NCBI GenBank assembly: GCA_905331295.1
Contig: CAJNYD010000557.1
Coordinates: forward strand, 62,001-126,000
Length of the DNA stretch: 64,000 nucleotides
Direction: 5' to 3'
Source: Rotaria socialis
Taxonomy: Eukaryota
Shown here: in pieces, positions 13,160-26,140 of the stretch
How positions within the stretch are numbered: the stretch's first letter is position 1
How the letters are laid out: each line of letters starts with the position of its first letter
Notes under the pieces: model-generated
The model's database searches: none
Seen by the model: the letters and a program-made list of their open reading frames with translations, nothing else
Told to the model about the DNA's origin: nothing
Position numbers and translations under genes: made by a program

Positions 13160-14797
13160 ATTTTAATTGCACACCGAATAAATAGAATAATGAAAAAACA
13201 AATATTTACGATTCTACATGGGAAGATTTTCTGCGATGCATTGAAGATAAAGTTGTCCGGGAACATATTTTTATAGTCACAACCTTGGCGTAGTTTGATT
13301 CATAGTCTCATCCGATAAATTTCTCACTTACAAAAAAAGTAACTTTCAGTCAGGTTAGAAAAAGCCTTGAAGCTGTGTTAGAAACATAGTGAAATATCAA
13401 AAACGAATTTTCTGGTTTATTGAATACCTTGAGAAAAAAATTCTGTGATTTGGCTGCCTGAAAAATACTAAAGAATTCAGTGAAATGACTTCTAGTGCAT
13501 TGAGACGACCTCTAGCAGGTTTTTACTAGTCTCATCAGAGGTTTCTGTTTTAAGCCTATTATCATATGGAACTCCGGATGTTGTGTTTTGATCAGTGCAA
13601 TTGATTTGGTCTTTTCTCTAAATACCTTTGATCTTCTGCAAGCGAAGGCTCGGAATCGTTTTTTTGTTTAACAAACTTTCATGAAAATATATCGGTATTT
13701 GTTGAAACATATTCTAAATTTCAACCTCATGTCAAATGAAATCTTTAGACATGCACAGCGACGTTTTATTGTTTCATTAAATAATGCAATATGAAATCGA
13801 AAAGGAAATTAGTGTTTTTCTTTTATCAAGATTTTTTTTCTTGCTGAAACAAAGATTTAAAACTCCTGTTGACCGAATATTGATTGTTCGCACAATGGGC
13901 ACATCGCATGTGATGCATTAACCACAAACTACAGGAGAGCTAACTTGATCTTCTGACGGAGCACCGGATCCTCAATTTTCCTACTAAATAGAACACTTCG
14001 GAATGGAGTTTATTTTAATAATTACAAGTGATATGGCCATTATGGAAAAGAAAAAAATAGGGTTCTCATAGTCAGAATATTATCTCATTTTAAATCCGAT
14101 ACAATGGCTGATGTGTAATATTACATTAAGTAAAAGAGAATTACTTCTCTATTCGCAATAAGGTTGTAAAACTATAACATTCTTGTCAGTAGCAAATAAA
14201 TAAATAAATAAATAAATCATAAATCCTTTGATTCGTGGGCAAATTATTCTTTACAAATGTCATCAACTTGCGATGCAACATTTTTAAGGATTTCTTTTAT
14301 TCGTCAGTAGAAAAAAAAACGGGAGTACTTGAAACGAAAGAAATAACGAAATTCTCTTATGAAACTGTTTGTTTCGTTTATTTTTCGACGTCGTCGTATT
14401 CATTTTTGAGACAGTAGAAGACAAGTATTTTATTTCGTTTATTTGTAGAATAATCTGACTTGAAGAGCTCAATCAATCGATTGTTTTAACAAAACATGTG
14501 CATAGCAGAATTTCACGTTCGATAAAAAATAATCTCATTTTTTCTTATCAAAGCAGTTGAAAATCAGATTTCTTTATTAATTTTTTGATCCAGTAACCTT
14601 GAGTAGTAGAAGTAGTTTTCACAGAAGAAACAATAATATTTTCGTTACTCTATTTCTTAGATTGACATATGACGATGGAGTCGATTTATATATCTTATCA
14701 ACAAAATGTATTGAACGTATTTCGCAAATATCTATAGAAATAATTAGTTACCGCTTAGATTTCCTATGGGAAACTTTACTATGTATATTATAGCCAA

Positions 14798-15090
14798 GGG
14801 AAGCCATCCATAAAAGACGCTCAGAAATTTCGTTCGCTTTAAAAATCATTTTTTAGAAGCCTAAACGTTGAAATAATTGAATACGAAGTAACGCACTTGG
14901 GTAGTCGAGCATGAACTCTGTTAGACTTTCGAGAACTGACAGCATTCAAAACTTTCCCTTTCACTATTTTCTGTCCTCTAGAATGCGAAATATTTATAAG
15001 AACAAACTTTAAAAAAACATTTCTTTACTAGACGTCGAGCAGAGTTTCGAAAATTCGATTTTTAGCAGGCCGTTCTTTATGGATGGTCTC
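14798..15090. mobile_element. Degenerate MITE with PIF/Harbinger-like TIRs
   Basis: GCCATCCATAAAAGACG at left vs reverse complement GACCATCCATAAAGAACG at right; TSD unclear. Confidence 0.45.
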
Positions 15091-15972
15091 AACTTGTATG
15101 TTAAATGGATTTTATCCAAATTTCGTTTTCTTCAAGTATATTTGATCGTTTTTTTTTGTATGCCTTCTTTACATATTTAGATAATAAATATGGTACGTAT
15201 ATGTTTGGCAATATTATATGCACTTTATTATTGAGTGATACTCATCTATATATGACACGTATATCCAATATGCATGATAAGGTAAACTGAGCTTATAGAG
15301 ATTTATCCGTTCACAAGCAATTTAAAATTTCGTTTCTCTTTTAGTGATTTTTAGGTTCTTTTTTCTAGCCTTTATTGGTTGTTCGTCGTATTAATATTTT
15401 TTGATACTTAGACGATAGCATTTGCTGATAAATAAGCATTTAAGAATAACTATGATAGAAATCGGTTCGAAAGACAAAAAGTGCATATTATATGTCTTTC
15501 TTTATTAATCTTATCCGGATCATCAACGTCATTAAATAGGCCCTTGAGAGTTCTTGAAAGAAGAAGAAAAAGAAAAAAAAAATCTCTAATCCGAAATAGA
15601 ATATCTATTAACAATTCAGTTGAAGCGATGAATTAATATCGATTGATAAATTTTATTGCGTAAATTGTACCCTATTCTGTTTTCTGTTAATTGTTTCTTA
15701 GCCATAACACCTGTCCCATGACCGTATGCACTCACAATCATGCATCGTTATTTTTCTTTTGCTTATATATTTAATAGAAATTATGACGACTGACATAAGA
15801 AAAAAGGTATTGACTAATTGCCATACGTGGTGGTATTGCATCTGGCTATATTCCCTTGTTTTTCTCCTTTTATTTCGTTTCTTGTGTGCGAGCGAGCGAA
15901 CGAGAGAGGGAGAGCGAGATTTGATCTAATTATATAACTTCTTTTAGATGCTCTGATTTAATTAAAATTCAA

Positions 15973-17106
15973 ATGGCAACAAATATTATTATTATTAATA
16001 GCCCATCAGATGATGAAGATTCGAAATCTGAAATCGAACAGCGTCGGCTATTACGTCCGCCATCACCATCAGATATACCACAGAAAACTTTCAAACCACT
16101 TCCACAGACTATAATTAGATCGATTGAAAACAATCGAAAACAACGTTTTCCTCATTCGCGTTCGACTTCAGATTTTTATACTATTCAACAGTCATCAATC
16201 GATACAACTGATGATGATATCGATGATAATTATGAAACAACAACAACGACGACGACAACAAATTCAAGTCGAAAACGTTTATTAGCTTTAACTCGTATTA
16301 AACGATCGCCATCAGATGTTCGTGTTACTTTATTTCCTAATGAAAATGTAACAAAAAGATCGGCTGTAGTAAAAAGTTCAAATGAAATTCATAGTTCCGA
16401 TCAATCGCTGGATGACATTACATCTCCCAAACAAAAAAGCACGGAACATCGACTCAATCGTCGAATTCATACATCATTGTCTTCGGCGACATTACGTTCA
16501 ATACGTCGAAATCTATCGGCACAAAGTCTCGTTCAACGTTCAAATCGTCGACAGACATATTATCTATCAAGAAATTCAAAATGGCATTTTGTTCGCAATC
16601 ATTTACATGATGTTGCTATGATGAGTCAACCCTACGCACGTATGAAAGCAATTGAGCGTAATCTACGTTGGATGCATCTACGTGAAGAAATATGTAAGCA
16701 AGTACTGGACATGCGTGAAATATCAATACTTCGCCAACAAGATGATGGAATAGTGAAAAAACACCCTAAGACTGGTTTTGATTTAAAATCTATCTCTCCG
16801 AATGAAGTTGTGTATGTTGAACACGATGGTCAAATTCATTCGATGGGCATACGCGATCTTGTTGTAGGTCGTTTTATTCGGGACAAACAGATGACATTAG
16901 ATGCATGGGCTCAATTAGATGCAAGAAGAAAAATTCAAGTCCAACAAGATATATTAAAACAGCAAGAAGGAAGAGCTCGTTTGAAAAGGCATATCGCGTT
17001 CTCATTTTGTTTATGTAATTTATCGTTTATTATTCTTATGTTTGCTGCTATGTTCGTTTTTGCTACAACGGTTATAGTTGAATTGAGATCGAAAGAATTC
17101 CTTTGA
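15973..17106 (+). CDS. Hypothetical tail-anchored membrane protein with S/T/R-rich disordered N-terminus
   Basis: 377-aa ORF; single C-terminal hydrophobic stretch IAFSFCLCNLSFIILMFAAMFVFATTVIV. Confidence 0.75.
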   Translation: MATNIIIINSPSDDEDSKSEIEQRRLLRPPSPSDIPQKTFKPLPQTIIRSIENNRKQRFPHSRSTSDFYTIQQSSIDTTDDDIDDNYETTTTTTTTNSSRKRLLALTRIKRSPSDVRVTLFPNENVTKRSAVVKSSNEIHSSDQSLDDITSPKQKSTEHRLNRRIHTSLSSATLRSIRRNLSAQSLVQRSNRRQTYYLSRNSKWHFVRNHLHDVAMMSQPYARMKAIERNLRWMHLREEICKQVLDMREISILRQQDDGIVKKHPKTGFDLKSISPNEVVYVEHDGQIHSMGIRDLVVGRFIRDKQMTLDAWAQLDARRKIQVQQDILKQQEGRARLKRHIAFSFCLCNLSFIILMFAAMFVFATTVIVELRSKEFL

Positions 17107-18100
17107 CCGAAAAAGAAACTCAATCTCAAATTCTGAGAAAATAATTCTATTCAATTATTTCGTTGAGCTATGTGTAGAAGTTAAAGAAATTAATTTCTTA
17201 TGAAATATTGCATGTTAACAAAAAAAAGACCACGTTGTTTTATTCTATTTCAATGACAAAAAGAAAGAAGCCGGAAAAACTAATTATTTCTTAATGCGTA
17301 TATTGACACAAATATTTAGTATTGTAAAAAACATACAAGTTTCTTAAATTTTAATATATGTCAGATTTTTCTAATTAATAAAATCACATCTATTAGTATA
17401 TTTATTCGAATATTTGACGAGTAGTTGAATAATCCAATTGTAAGCAAAGGTCTACACTTAATTTCACACGACATTCTTGTGTTTATTGTTTTCGTTTCGT
17501 GCACGCTTCTATCTACATCTAGAGTAGAGAAACTATACAATGTCTAGCAGATGTTTTATTTGTGTTGGGCTATCACAAATACAGCTGACACTTCCGTCTC
17601 TAAATTCAACAACAAGAACAATCTTTTCTTTGTTTTCTCTCTTACCGTTTACCAACATATTGATTCCTCAGTCTGTCATTCTTCTTGTTCTTTTTTCTTG
17701 TTCTTCTTCTCACCATCACCATCACCACTATCGACACCGACATATACAATAAAGTATTCGTTTCTTTTCAACTACCCCACACGCAGGCACGCGCACTCTT
17801 CCTTATTGTTTCACTAAGGCGGACCGTTTTTAAACTTGCAAGTGAAGAGTGCTTGTCTTCATTTTTAACAAGCCGATTGGCATCAATCAGTAGATTAAGC
17901 TTATGAATCATTCTACTCTCTAGTGGGTGTGTGCGTGTCTGCTTTACATTGATGAAAAACATACCGAGAAAAAATCTAAAATAGTCGATGTTCGCCGACG
18001 TCACCGACGATTCATAATCTTAATAGCTACCTTACTTTTTTCTCTCTTCTTTCATACTGATCGCGCTCGTTTTGTGTGTGTGCGTGTGCATACTTGAAAT

Positions 18101-19965
18101 ATGGTGAGTTGTTGATTGTTGAAAACTTTTGCTTATCAACTTCGTAAATCTATGTCTTTTGTATACAGCGTTTACGTGATCTATTCCGTGGCCCATCGAC
18201 CAACGAACGAAAACTGACTTCGCCCATCTTACCCGTATTTGATTTAAATACATTTCTAAATGCTGTGCACGATCGAGATATGGATACTTTGCATAAATAT
18301 CTTGCTGCCGGTTAATATTTACGGAACATGAATAATAGACTTATTGAATAGGAGTTCTTATTTTTTTAGGTTTTCCACCTGATCAACCCGATGCGACAAC
18401 AAAAACAACTGCATTACATATTGCTACCGAATCAGGTAATATACGTGCTGTACATATGTTATTACAAGCTGGTGCGCAAGCCAATATATGCGATTCAAGT
18501 TTGTCAACACCGCTTCATATAGCTGCATACATGGGTTATGACGAAGTGAGGGATTTATTGATTCAACTTTTTTTTTTCTAAAGAACAGAAATATTAGTAT
18601 CATCATTGCTAGATAAATAGATTGTACAGATACTTTTGGCGTATGGCGCTGATATGTATAGACGAGATAATACCGGCCGGAATTCATTTCATTTAGCCGT
18701 TTCTACTGGGAATAATCGTTTAGTTCAATGTTTTCTTTCGGCTATTGACAACGAACAAAATATACTACATGCACCAGATGAGTAAGTGTCCTTGCACATT
18801 GTTTCGTTTCAAAACCAATAAAAATAAAACTAATCTCTTCAGCGAAAATTGGACACCATTAATGTGCGCTTGTGCTAGTAATCATCTGTCTACGTGTGCA
18901 TTTCTCTTACAGCATGGCGCCAATATATGTCCGATTAATGATCGAGGCATGACAGCCGTTCATATTGCTGCGTTTATTGGTTCATTACCTATAATTTATG
19001 AACTTCTTAATTCATCTATGGACGATGAACTTATTTTAAAAGCACTTAATCAAGGCGACAATCGAAATCAAACGCCATTGTTCTATGCTTGCAATGAGGG
19101 TCATCTCGATATTGCATTAAGTTTACTCTATGCCGGTGCGAATATTTATCATTTAGATAATGACAATCAAACGTGTTTACATGCAATGCTATCATCGAGT
19201 ATTATTCTAAAACGTCATATACGTTTATTTTATCGTTTAATTGAATTCGTTGATTTTCGTCATTGTCACGATCATCTTAGTCGTACATTACTTGACCTCG
19301 CTTATATAAATCAATTACAAACAATTATATCTATATTAAAATTACTTAACTATAAACGTAATTACACAATTATTTCGAGTAATAATCATGACGAAAGTTT
19401 CTTACCGAAAATACTTTCACTTCGTCAAATTTGTATACTTTCATTTAAACGATCAATTATTTATAATCGAAATAAAAAACAATTATCACAACATGATCTA
19501 TTAGACAATGCTTTACAACAATGTTTTCAAATAAGCTCAAATGAAAATATGGGATCAAATGAACTATTATATAGAAAATCATTTGATGATATTTCAATAT
19601 CAAGTAGTAAAAAGAATTTTAAATCAAGTAAAAAATCCCGAAAACCAACTAATGATCTTGAACAGCAAGCACAGCATATGCAATCGAGTTGGTCGATTTT
19701 TACGAATAAATTTAAACATCAAAGATCAACAAGTTCACAACAAGACCCATTGATTCTATCGACAAGTTCATCACCATCACCCTCTTTGACAAATAATGAT
19801 CATCCAATGAAAAATTTAGCTTTGACAATATTAAAATCTTCAACAAAACTCGATAGTTTACTTGACTTTCCTTCGTTAAAAAATAACTCATTACTTGATG
19901 AAGATATAAAAACAGCAATAATCACATATAATCTTGAAGGAAATGATTCATCGAATGAGATATAA
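18101..19965 (+). CDS. Ankyrin-repeat protein (about 7 repeats) with BC-box/SOCS-box-like segment
   Basis: ATG-only first coding exon (18101-18103|gtgagt); exons ~18169-18310, 18371-18546, 18621-18781, 18843-19965; TALH/TPLH/TPLM/TAVH/TPLF ankyrin motifs. Confidence 0.85.
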
Positions 19966-20416
19966 TTTTATTTATTTATTTTATTAATAATAAAATATGA
20001 AAAAAATAATTAGCATAAATTCCAGTGTAATTAGTAGTGAATTGATTTACTCCATAAGGCATGACTTAGGCTCACATAATTGCACTTCTTTAAATAGTGC
20101 CATACAAACAGTTAATGAATCTAAGAGTAATTACTCACATGATTTTAAAGGAGAATTTAAAAAAGATGAAGTTAATATTCAAATGGTCCACTTAACACTT
20201 TTTGTTCGGCATTTGTTTTTATGATAAATTCAATGAGTCTTTCTTTAGTAAATTGTTTTGCAGAATGTTTACTTATGTAATATTGGCCTAAAATGCCATG
20301 TTCGAATATTTGTCATAGAGGAAAAGGAAGGGTCAGAAAGGTCATCTGAGCTCATCCGTAGAGAAAAACAAGATGAAAAATTAGATTTGTTGTGATTAAT
20401 GTCAAGAAACATGGCG

Positions 20417-20755
20417 TATCCAGGTGAATGAATCCGATACCGAATCCGACGAGTCAACAAAGCCCCATGAGAGTCTGGATTGAGGAACTACTAACGGATC
20501 CCTAGCGTTGGAATCCGGTGAACATCCGACCAAATCCAACAACCGAATTCAATAGGAATTTTAGAAGTCGGATTCCAACGAGGTCTTAAAGAAATCTATC
20601 GGGTTTTCACTGGTTTCTGCAAGAATCGATCGGATTCCAACACTAGGGATCCGTGAGTAGGCCCACAACCCGGATTTGCTTCGAATCCTGCAGGAACCGA
20701 TCGAAATCCGATCGAGTCCGGTTGGATCCAGGCATCGGATTGTTCGTCCTGGGTA
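20417..20755. mobile_element. CCCAGG-ended MITE rich in ATCCGA/TCGGA motifs (copy 1)
   Basis: TATCCAGGTGAATGAATCCGAT vs reverse complement TACCCAGGACGAACAATCCGAT; internal ATCCGA/TCGGAT repeats; related to 26965-27267. Confidence 0.65.
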
Positions 20756-20805
20756 GTGTATTGTCTTCTATCGAAGAGAACGAGCATTCATAACGAATTT
20801 ATCTT

Positions 20806-21165
20806 AAAAAAATGCGGAAACATCGGATTTGCATCCGATTATTATATGTACTGCAAAAACTGAGTCGATTTATATATGTTGTGAATAATATTGAGAAAAA
20901 AAATTTTTTTTTTTGAGAAAAACCCTGTTCCCCCCCCCTCAAGGATGGTCTGGTCAATAATGACAATTTTTTCGATAACTCAGCCATTTTTTGACTGATC
21001 CCTCTCATCTTCGAACTCGACCGAGATATTGATGAGACAATTCTGTGCACAAAATTTCAGCTCAATCGGATGTAACTGTGAAGAGTTATCGTGCACACGG
21101 ACGGACGGACGGACGGACACACTGACCGATTCTAGTGTACTCACCTTTTGAGTACACAAATATAA
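20806..21165 (-). mobile_element. Helentron-associated non-autonomous element (HINE / DINE-1-like)
   Basis: Terminal hairpin GTGTACTC-N7-GAGTACAC (21135-21157), (ACGG)5 microsatellite 21097-21118, GCTGAAATTT core, subterminal IR (TATGTACTGCAAAA ~20846), second hairpin CGGAT-TTGC-ATCCG near 20824, T-rich ends. Confidence 0.75.
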
Positions 21166-21229
21166 ACTATTGAAGTCTAGTCAAAAAGTTTGAAAATCAT
21201 CGATTTTAATAAAATTCTAATAGTAAAGT

Positions 21230-22174
21230 CTCTGCCAACAACCTTTTTTTAATCTGTAAATAATATTTGATGAAAATAATAAAATAACAATCTAAATGAA
21301 ATGTTTAAGAACAAAAACAAAACATACCAGGAATTAAAGAGACTAGATTCATTATTGTCTGTACTAAAGTTCGAATAGGTGATAATATAAATAATACCTA
21401 AATATCAACGTCGTCTATACATATAAGAATTAATTAAAATAAAATTTGAACCTTTTTTCGTAATAAAATAAGTTTAAAAAGTATAAATGTTTTACGTCGA
21501 TAACGAATAACAAGGTCACGCGCTGAATAATACTGTAAATTGAATTCTGGAGGATTTTTATTTAAATTATCAACAAAATCTTCAAACATTTGTCTTTGAT
21601 TAAAATTTTTTTCTTCAAAATATGTTTCAGTTAACCTTCCAAGTTCTTCACTAATATTTCCATAAACAGGCTAAAAATTAAGTTGATTTTCTTTCTTACT
21701 CGACGTAAAATAAGACAAACACTTTTTTGAATTTCTTATTATTTCCGCTTCTTTATTGATTACAGTCTGAATTCGAAAGAAAAAAAGAATTAAATATTTA
21801 AGGATAAAATAAAATAAAATAAAACTAAACACAAACGTTGGCATCGATTCGTCTATAGGAGGCAATACCAAATAATGTCTTATTTGAATCTTGATCTTGA
21901 TCAATTGATGGAATATGAAAATAAATTAAATCTTTATTTCTGTTATGCACACCATCGGGTAAAGCTAAACTGCCAATATTCGACCAGCGTTCATCAATGG
22001 GTTCGTTTAATAAAGGATAACTAAATTCAATCTTAGATATTTATTCATTTTTTTAAATTAGTTTCAAATTCTATTCAATAAAATACCTGATGACTTTTTT
22101 TTATGATGAAATTCAAATATAATTAAATGAACAACCAGCGATTCTTCACAGGAGAGATTTTCTACGTTCAGCAT
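21230..22174 (-). pseudogene. AVL9: AVL9 (DENN-like late secretory pathway protein) frameshifted and truncated copy
   Basis: FHHKKSHQ|IEFSYP, LALPDGVHN, LFGIASYRRI, KSVC (after frameshift ~21725), YFEEKNF, ARDLVIRYRRKTFILFKLILLRKK|VLF match the AVL9 N-terminal domain; similarity stops next to the HINE. Confidence 0.8.
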
Positions 22175-22184
22175 TTTCTTTTTC

Positions 22185-22351
22185 TAATAATAAATCGAAT
22201 TGATTTCCATTTTACTTATGTGCTTTTTATTAGTGTTTTTAATAAATAAAAGAAATATTTTTTTTTCTTAATAATAAATCGAATTGATTTCCATTTTACT
22301 TATGTGCTTTTTATTAGTGTTTTTAATAAATAAAAGAAATATTTTTTTTCT
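22185..22351. repeat. Near-perfect tandem duplication of an ~84-bp unit
   Basis: TAATAATAAATCGAATTGATTTCC...AAGAAATATTTTT repeated at 22185 and 22269. Confidence 0.9.
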
Positions 22352-22983
22352 CATAGATTAAATAAATCGAAGACGAAGAAAATATCTAAATATAATCCAA
22401 GCTTGTCAAACCTTCTGATTTTTAGACTTATCTTATGGTTAAAAAATCTCCTTGTATCAGGAGCTGTCTTTTAAGATTTTCCCCTATTTTTACGATTTGT
22501 TTTCATTTTGAAGGTTAATGACATTTTCAGTTACTAACATAAGATAATTTAAGAAGAGAGAAAAGAGAAGTATCACACTGTTTGATGAATGAAGTGGCAA
22601 ATAACAAATGTTATTTTCATTGATTCAGTAGAGGAACAATCTTTACTATGTGTGGAAAGTTTTGATTCTGTTTCACTAAAACAAAAGTCAAACGGCTGTG
22701 AAATGATTAGGAGTTTAGAATACATCTGATTATCTTAGTTTTTTTTTCTTATGCAGCATTTTAACAACAATGTATCCGTGCCAATAGTTTAGCAACAGAA
22801 AATATCAATCAGTTTTTTTGGATAAAAGTTGTAATTTTCTTCGAAAAAAGGTAGTCAAAAACGTTCATGATTTCGATGAATATCTTCTGTTTCTTTTCCT
22901 CATTTTTCAAAAAAATCTTCCAGTTAACTCCTAGTTTTCGAAATTTGAATTTGGCAATCTAGATATTATCTAAAATAAAATGT

Positions 22984-23405
22984 NNNNNNNNNNNNNNNNN
23001 NNNNNNNNNNNNNNNNNNNNNNNNNNNNNNNNNNNNNNNNNNNNNNNNNNNNNNNNNNNNNNNNNNNNNNNNNNNNNNNNNNNATACTGTAAAGGAATAT
23101 TGATTTTCCTTTTGTTCGACTACAAGCCGGGAAAGGTTCATATATTTTCGGCATATAATAGTATCAATAGGGAAATTTCCACAGGCAACCATGCAGTAGA
23201 CATTGTATTCATTTATTTCTATTGACTATTTACGGGTTCCAGTTGAATAAAGCGAATCTCTAAGGATTACTTCCTTTGTCCTATAGATATTTATGTAATA
23301 GCTTAGTGTTCTATTTGTCAAATATAGATATGGCTGCACTGACACGGCAGATAGCTTAACATTTTNNNNNNNNNNNNNNNNNNNNNNNNNNNNNNNNNNN
23401 NNNNN
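22984..23405. other. Two assembly gaps (N runs 22984-23083 and 23366-23405)
   Basis: Runs of N; a single N also at 26304. Confidence 0.98.
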
Positions 23406-23547
23406 CATCTCGAAGCAACATTAGAATGTTTATTGTCACGGGCAAAGACTCATGATTTGAGCGACAAGAACAATATAGGAATCAATTATGGTGCCACTGA
23501 TGTCTCTTTTATCACTAACATAGAAAGAGTGATCGTGTTGATAAGTA

Positions 23548-24410
23548 ATGTCAATGATATTTATGGTGAATTCAATGTTTTCGGTTGAAGGAGATCTATC
23601 ATCAGTTGATGTAACAATGTCAATGATCATTCGAATGACATTATGTAGTGATCATGACAACGATCTCAAACAACTGTATGATCACATGAAGAACGAATAC
23701 GACAGAGAGGAAACGAATCTTCTCTCTCTCTTGGTGATGTGTTAAGAAACATGGGAAAATTCGATTTGGCCGAAAAGTACTATCGTCGATGGTTGAGCGA
23801 ACTTCCATCGAATGATCCCTCCCTTTGTGCGTTGTATCAACGTCTTGGTACGGTTGCTGATGCGAAAGGTGAGTATGATACGAGTCTCGAATGGTACCAG
23901 AAATCACTCGAGATTATTGTCAAAACTCGTCCATCCGATCATGTCAGTATTGGTATCACACACAACAGCATCGGTGTAGTTCATGGAAATAAAGGTGATC
24001 GTGGTCGAGCACTCGAATCGTACAATCGAGCCGTGTCACTCTTCAAACAAGCACACGATGAGAATCACCCACATTTGGCCTCCTTTTACAACAACATTGG
24101 CTTGATCTATCAAGAAGAGAAGAAGTATTTTGAAGCGCTCGACTTCTATGATAAGTCACTTGCTATAGATAATAAGCATCTACCACCGGATCATCCTGAT
24201 CTGGGTGGATCGTACAACAATATTGGCGTGGTTCATGATTGTCTCGGTCATTATGATCTCGCATTGGATCATTACAATCGATCACTTAAAATCAGCTTGA
24301 AGTCACTTCCTGCTCAACATCCCGATATTGCAAGTACCTACGTAAACATGGGTCTTGCGTATGAAGACAAGGATGAATTAGAGTAGGTATTGGCATTGCT
24401 ACATAAATTT
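23548..24410 (+). pseudogene. TPR-repeat gene (42-aa kinesin-light-chain-like repeats), frameshifted
   Basis: Repeats HPHLASFYNNIG / HPDLGGSYNNIG / HPDIASTYVNMG; extra CT in (CT)n at 23721-23730 splits ORFs 23548 and 23739; TAG at 24384 falls mid-repeat. Confidence 0.75.
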
Positions 24411-25742
24411 TGCATCCGATAGTGTCATTCCCAACTTCTTAGTGCCGGAACTGTTCAATTCACAGAAGTATGTAGATATTGAATGAAATATAGCTATCAT
24501 TGACATAAAATAATTCTCTCCTGTGTGAATATAGTTATAGAGGTTGAAGCAAGAATTTTATTGGCAATATCTGCATTGCTGTTGTTCCATTTTTTCCTTT
24601 CTTCATTGATTCATACGTGGTGAAGGTGAATCGCTGAAATTGAATGAATTCTATCAATATAATCTTTTGTTTGTTAATCCTATCAGTGCGGGATACAATT
24701 GGTAAAACATGCATGAAGAGTACATCTCATGAATACGTTAACTAATGAAACTTTCTTGTAATAGGCTGTTTCAATGAAATAAATAACAATTTACTTTTCC
24801 CACCGAAGCTACCGTCCAAAAATCAGTTCAAAACCTCGACATATTTAGCTAATTCTTTCGAAAGTAACCAATCTTGTTATGGTCACAGAAGTATGAAGCC
24901 GTCATCGATTGGTATAGTAGAATAGAGGGTTTTTAAACATTAGAGTAATTCAATTTTTCTGTCCTTTCTCACTGTTCCATTCCGTATACTTGTTTACCAA
25001 AACTTGAATCTGGAAAAGATGAAAGCAGGCTTTTATGGACATATTACTATTCCACGTAGAATGATGGCAAAATTGATAGACCAGTTTCATCAACACTTGT
25101 GGGAGATGTCATTGCATATTTTCTTCATATGTGCAACATATATGGTATATGGCAAGCTGAAAAATTCCCACTCATCAAGAGATGAAAATATGTCATATAC
25201 ACATTTTGATATAAGTGACATGTCTAACTCGACTCAAACAACGAATATTTGCAAATGCAAATTTTTTTCAACAATAGTAATAATTGACAATAGCAGGGTT
25301 TTTCAACAACAGCAATAATTCAGAAAAATAATAAAGTTCATAAGAATGATCCAAGATAAAACAAAGACTGCAAGCTAGATTCGTCGGTTAAATCGATCGA
25401 CATGCTCGAAGAAAAAATGCTTGAAACTAGCAGCGAAAGTTGCTTGATCAATAATAATATAAAAAGATGGAAAGATTAAGAAGAATACGAACAATTCTGT
25501 CATATATTGTCTTATTGATGACTTATCTATATATTCGTGATCGATCAGTTCATTATTGTCTATTGGATGTCGTCAGTTCAACACTGTTTATTCGTGGTAT
25601 TTTTTGCTCGATTAATTCAATTCAATGAGTGAAATTTGTATCATTTTAATGCAACAACTGATAATAACGGTCGATGTCGAGAAACAGTTGAAAAAAACAA
25701 CGAAAACTTTTTAAAAAATCGTGTATCTGAAATCAAACTCGA

Positions 25743-26140
25743 GGTGTGCCGTAGAAAGACCGAAAGGAAAAATGTCGAAAGGGAAAAATATCGAAAGGAA
25801 AAATATAGAAAATGACGAAAGGAAAAATGTCGAAAGAAAAATGTCGAGGGAAAAATATTGAAAGAAAAAATATCGAAAGGGAAAAATATCAAAAATTTGC
25901 ACTAAGATGTTTTTATTCTTGAAATCATAATAGCATCATAACATAGATCATAGATAAATAAGAGTTATAAAGAAAAATACACATATCCAATATTTACTAG
26001 TTGTTGCTGTTGTATTCAGTTTGAAAATATATTTATCTGATACAAGGAAAGGCTTTCCTTTTTACGACTGAATAAATGAAATAACTGGAGTTGGCGGATG
26101 ATTCTCACCAGATAAAAATGAGCAAGCTGTAGTCATCATG
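25743..26140 (-). mobile_element. Mutator-like (MULE) remnant: FLYWCH fragment plus repeat-rich terminus
   Basis: Minus strand 26139-25975 reads MMTTACSF...ISFIQS*KGKPFLVSDKYIFKLNTTATTSKYWIC (FLYWCH-like, stop at 26062); tandem ~15-bp TCGAAAGGAAAAATA repeats 25760-25892. Confidence 0.6.

Noticed and set aside
13850..13985. GC-richer minus-strand stretch resembling a decayed exon
   Set aside because: Stops in frame and no recognisable family
22959..23408. ORFs spanning X runs
   Set aside because: Artefacts of N gaps
25641..25902. Phe-rich ORFs and ~15-bp direct repeats that could look like a CRISPR array
   Set aside because: Degenerate tandem repeat with no unique spacers, in eukaryotic context; ORFs are translations of the repeat
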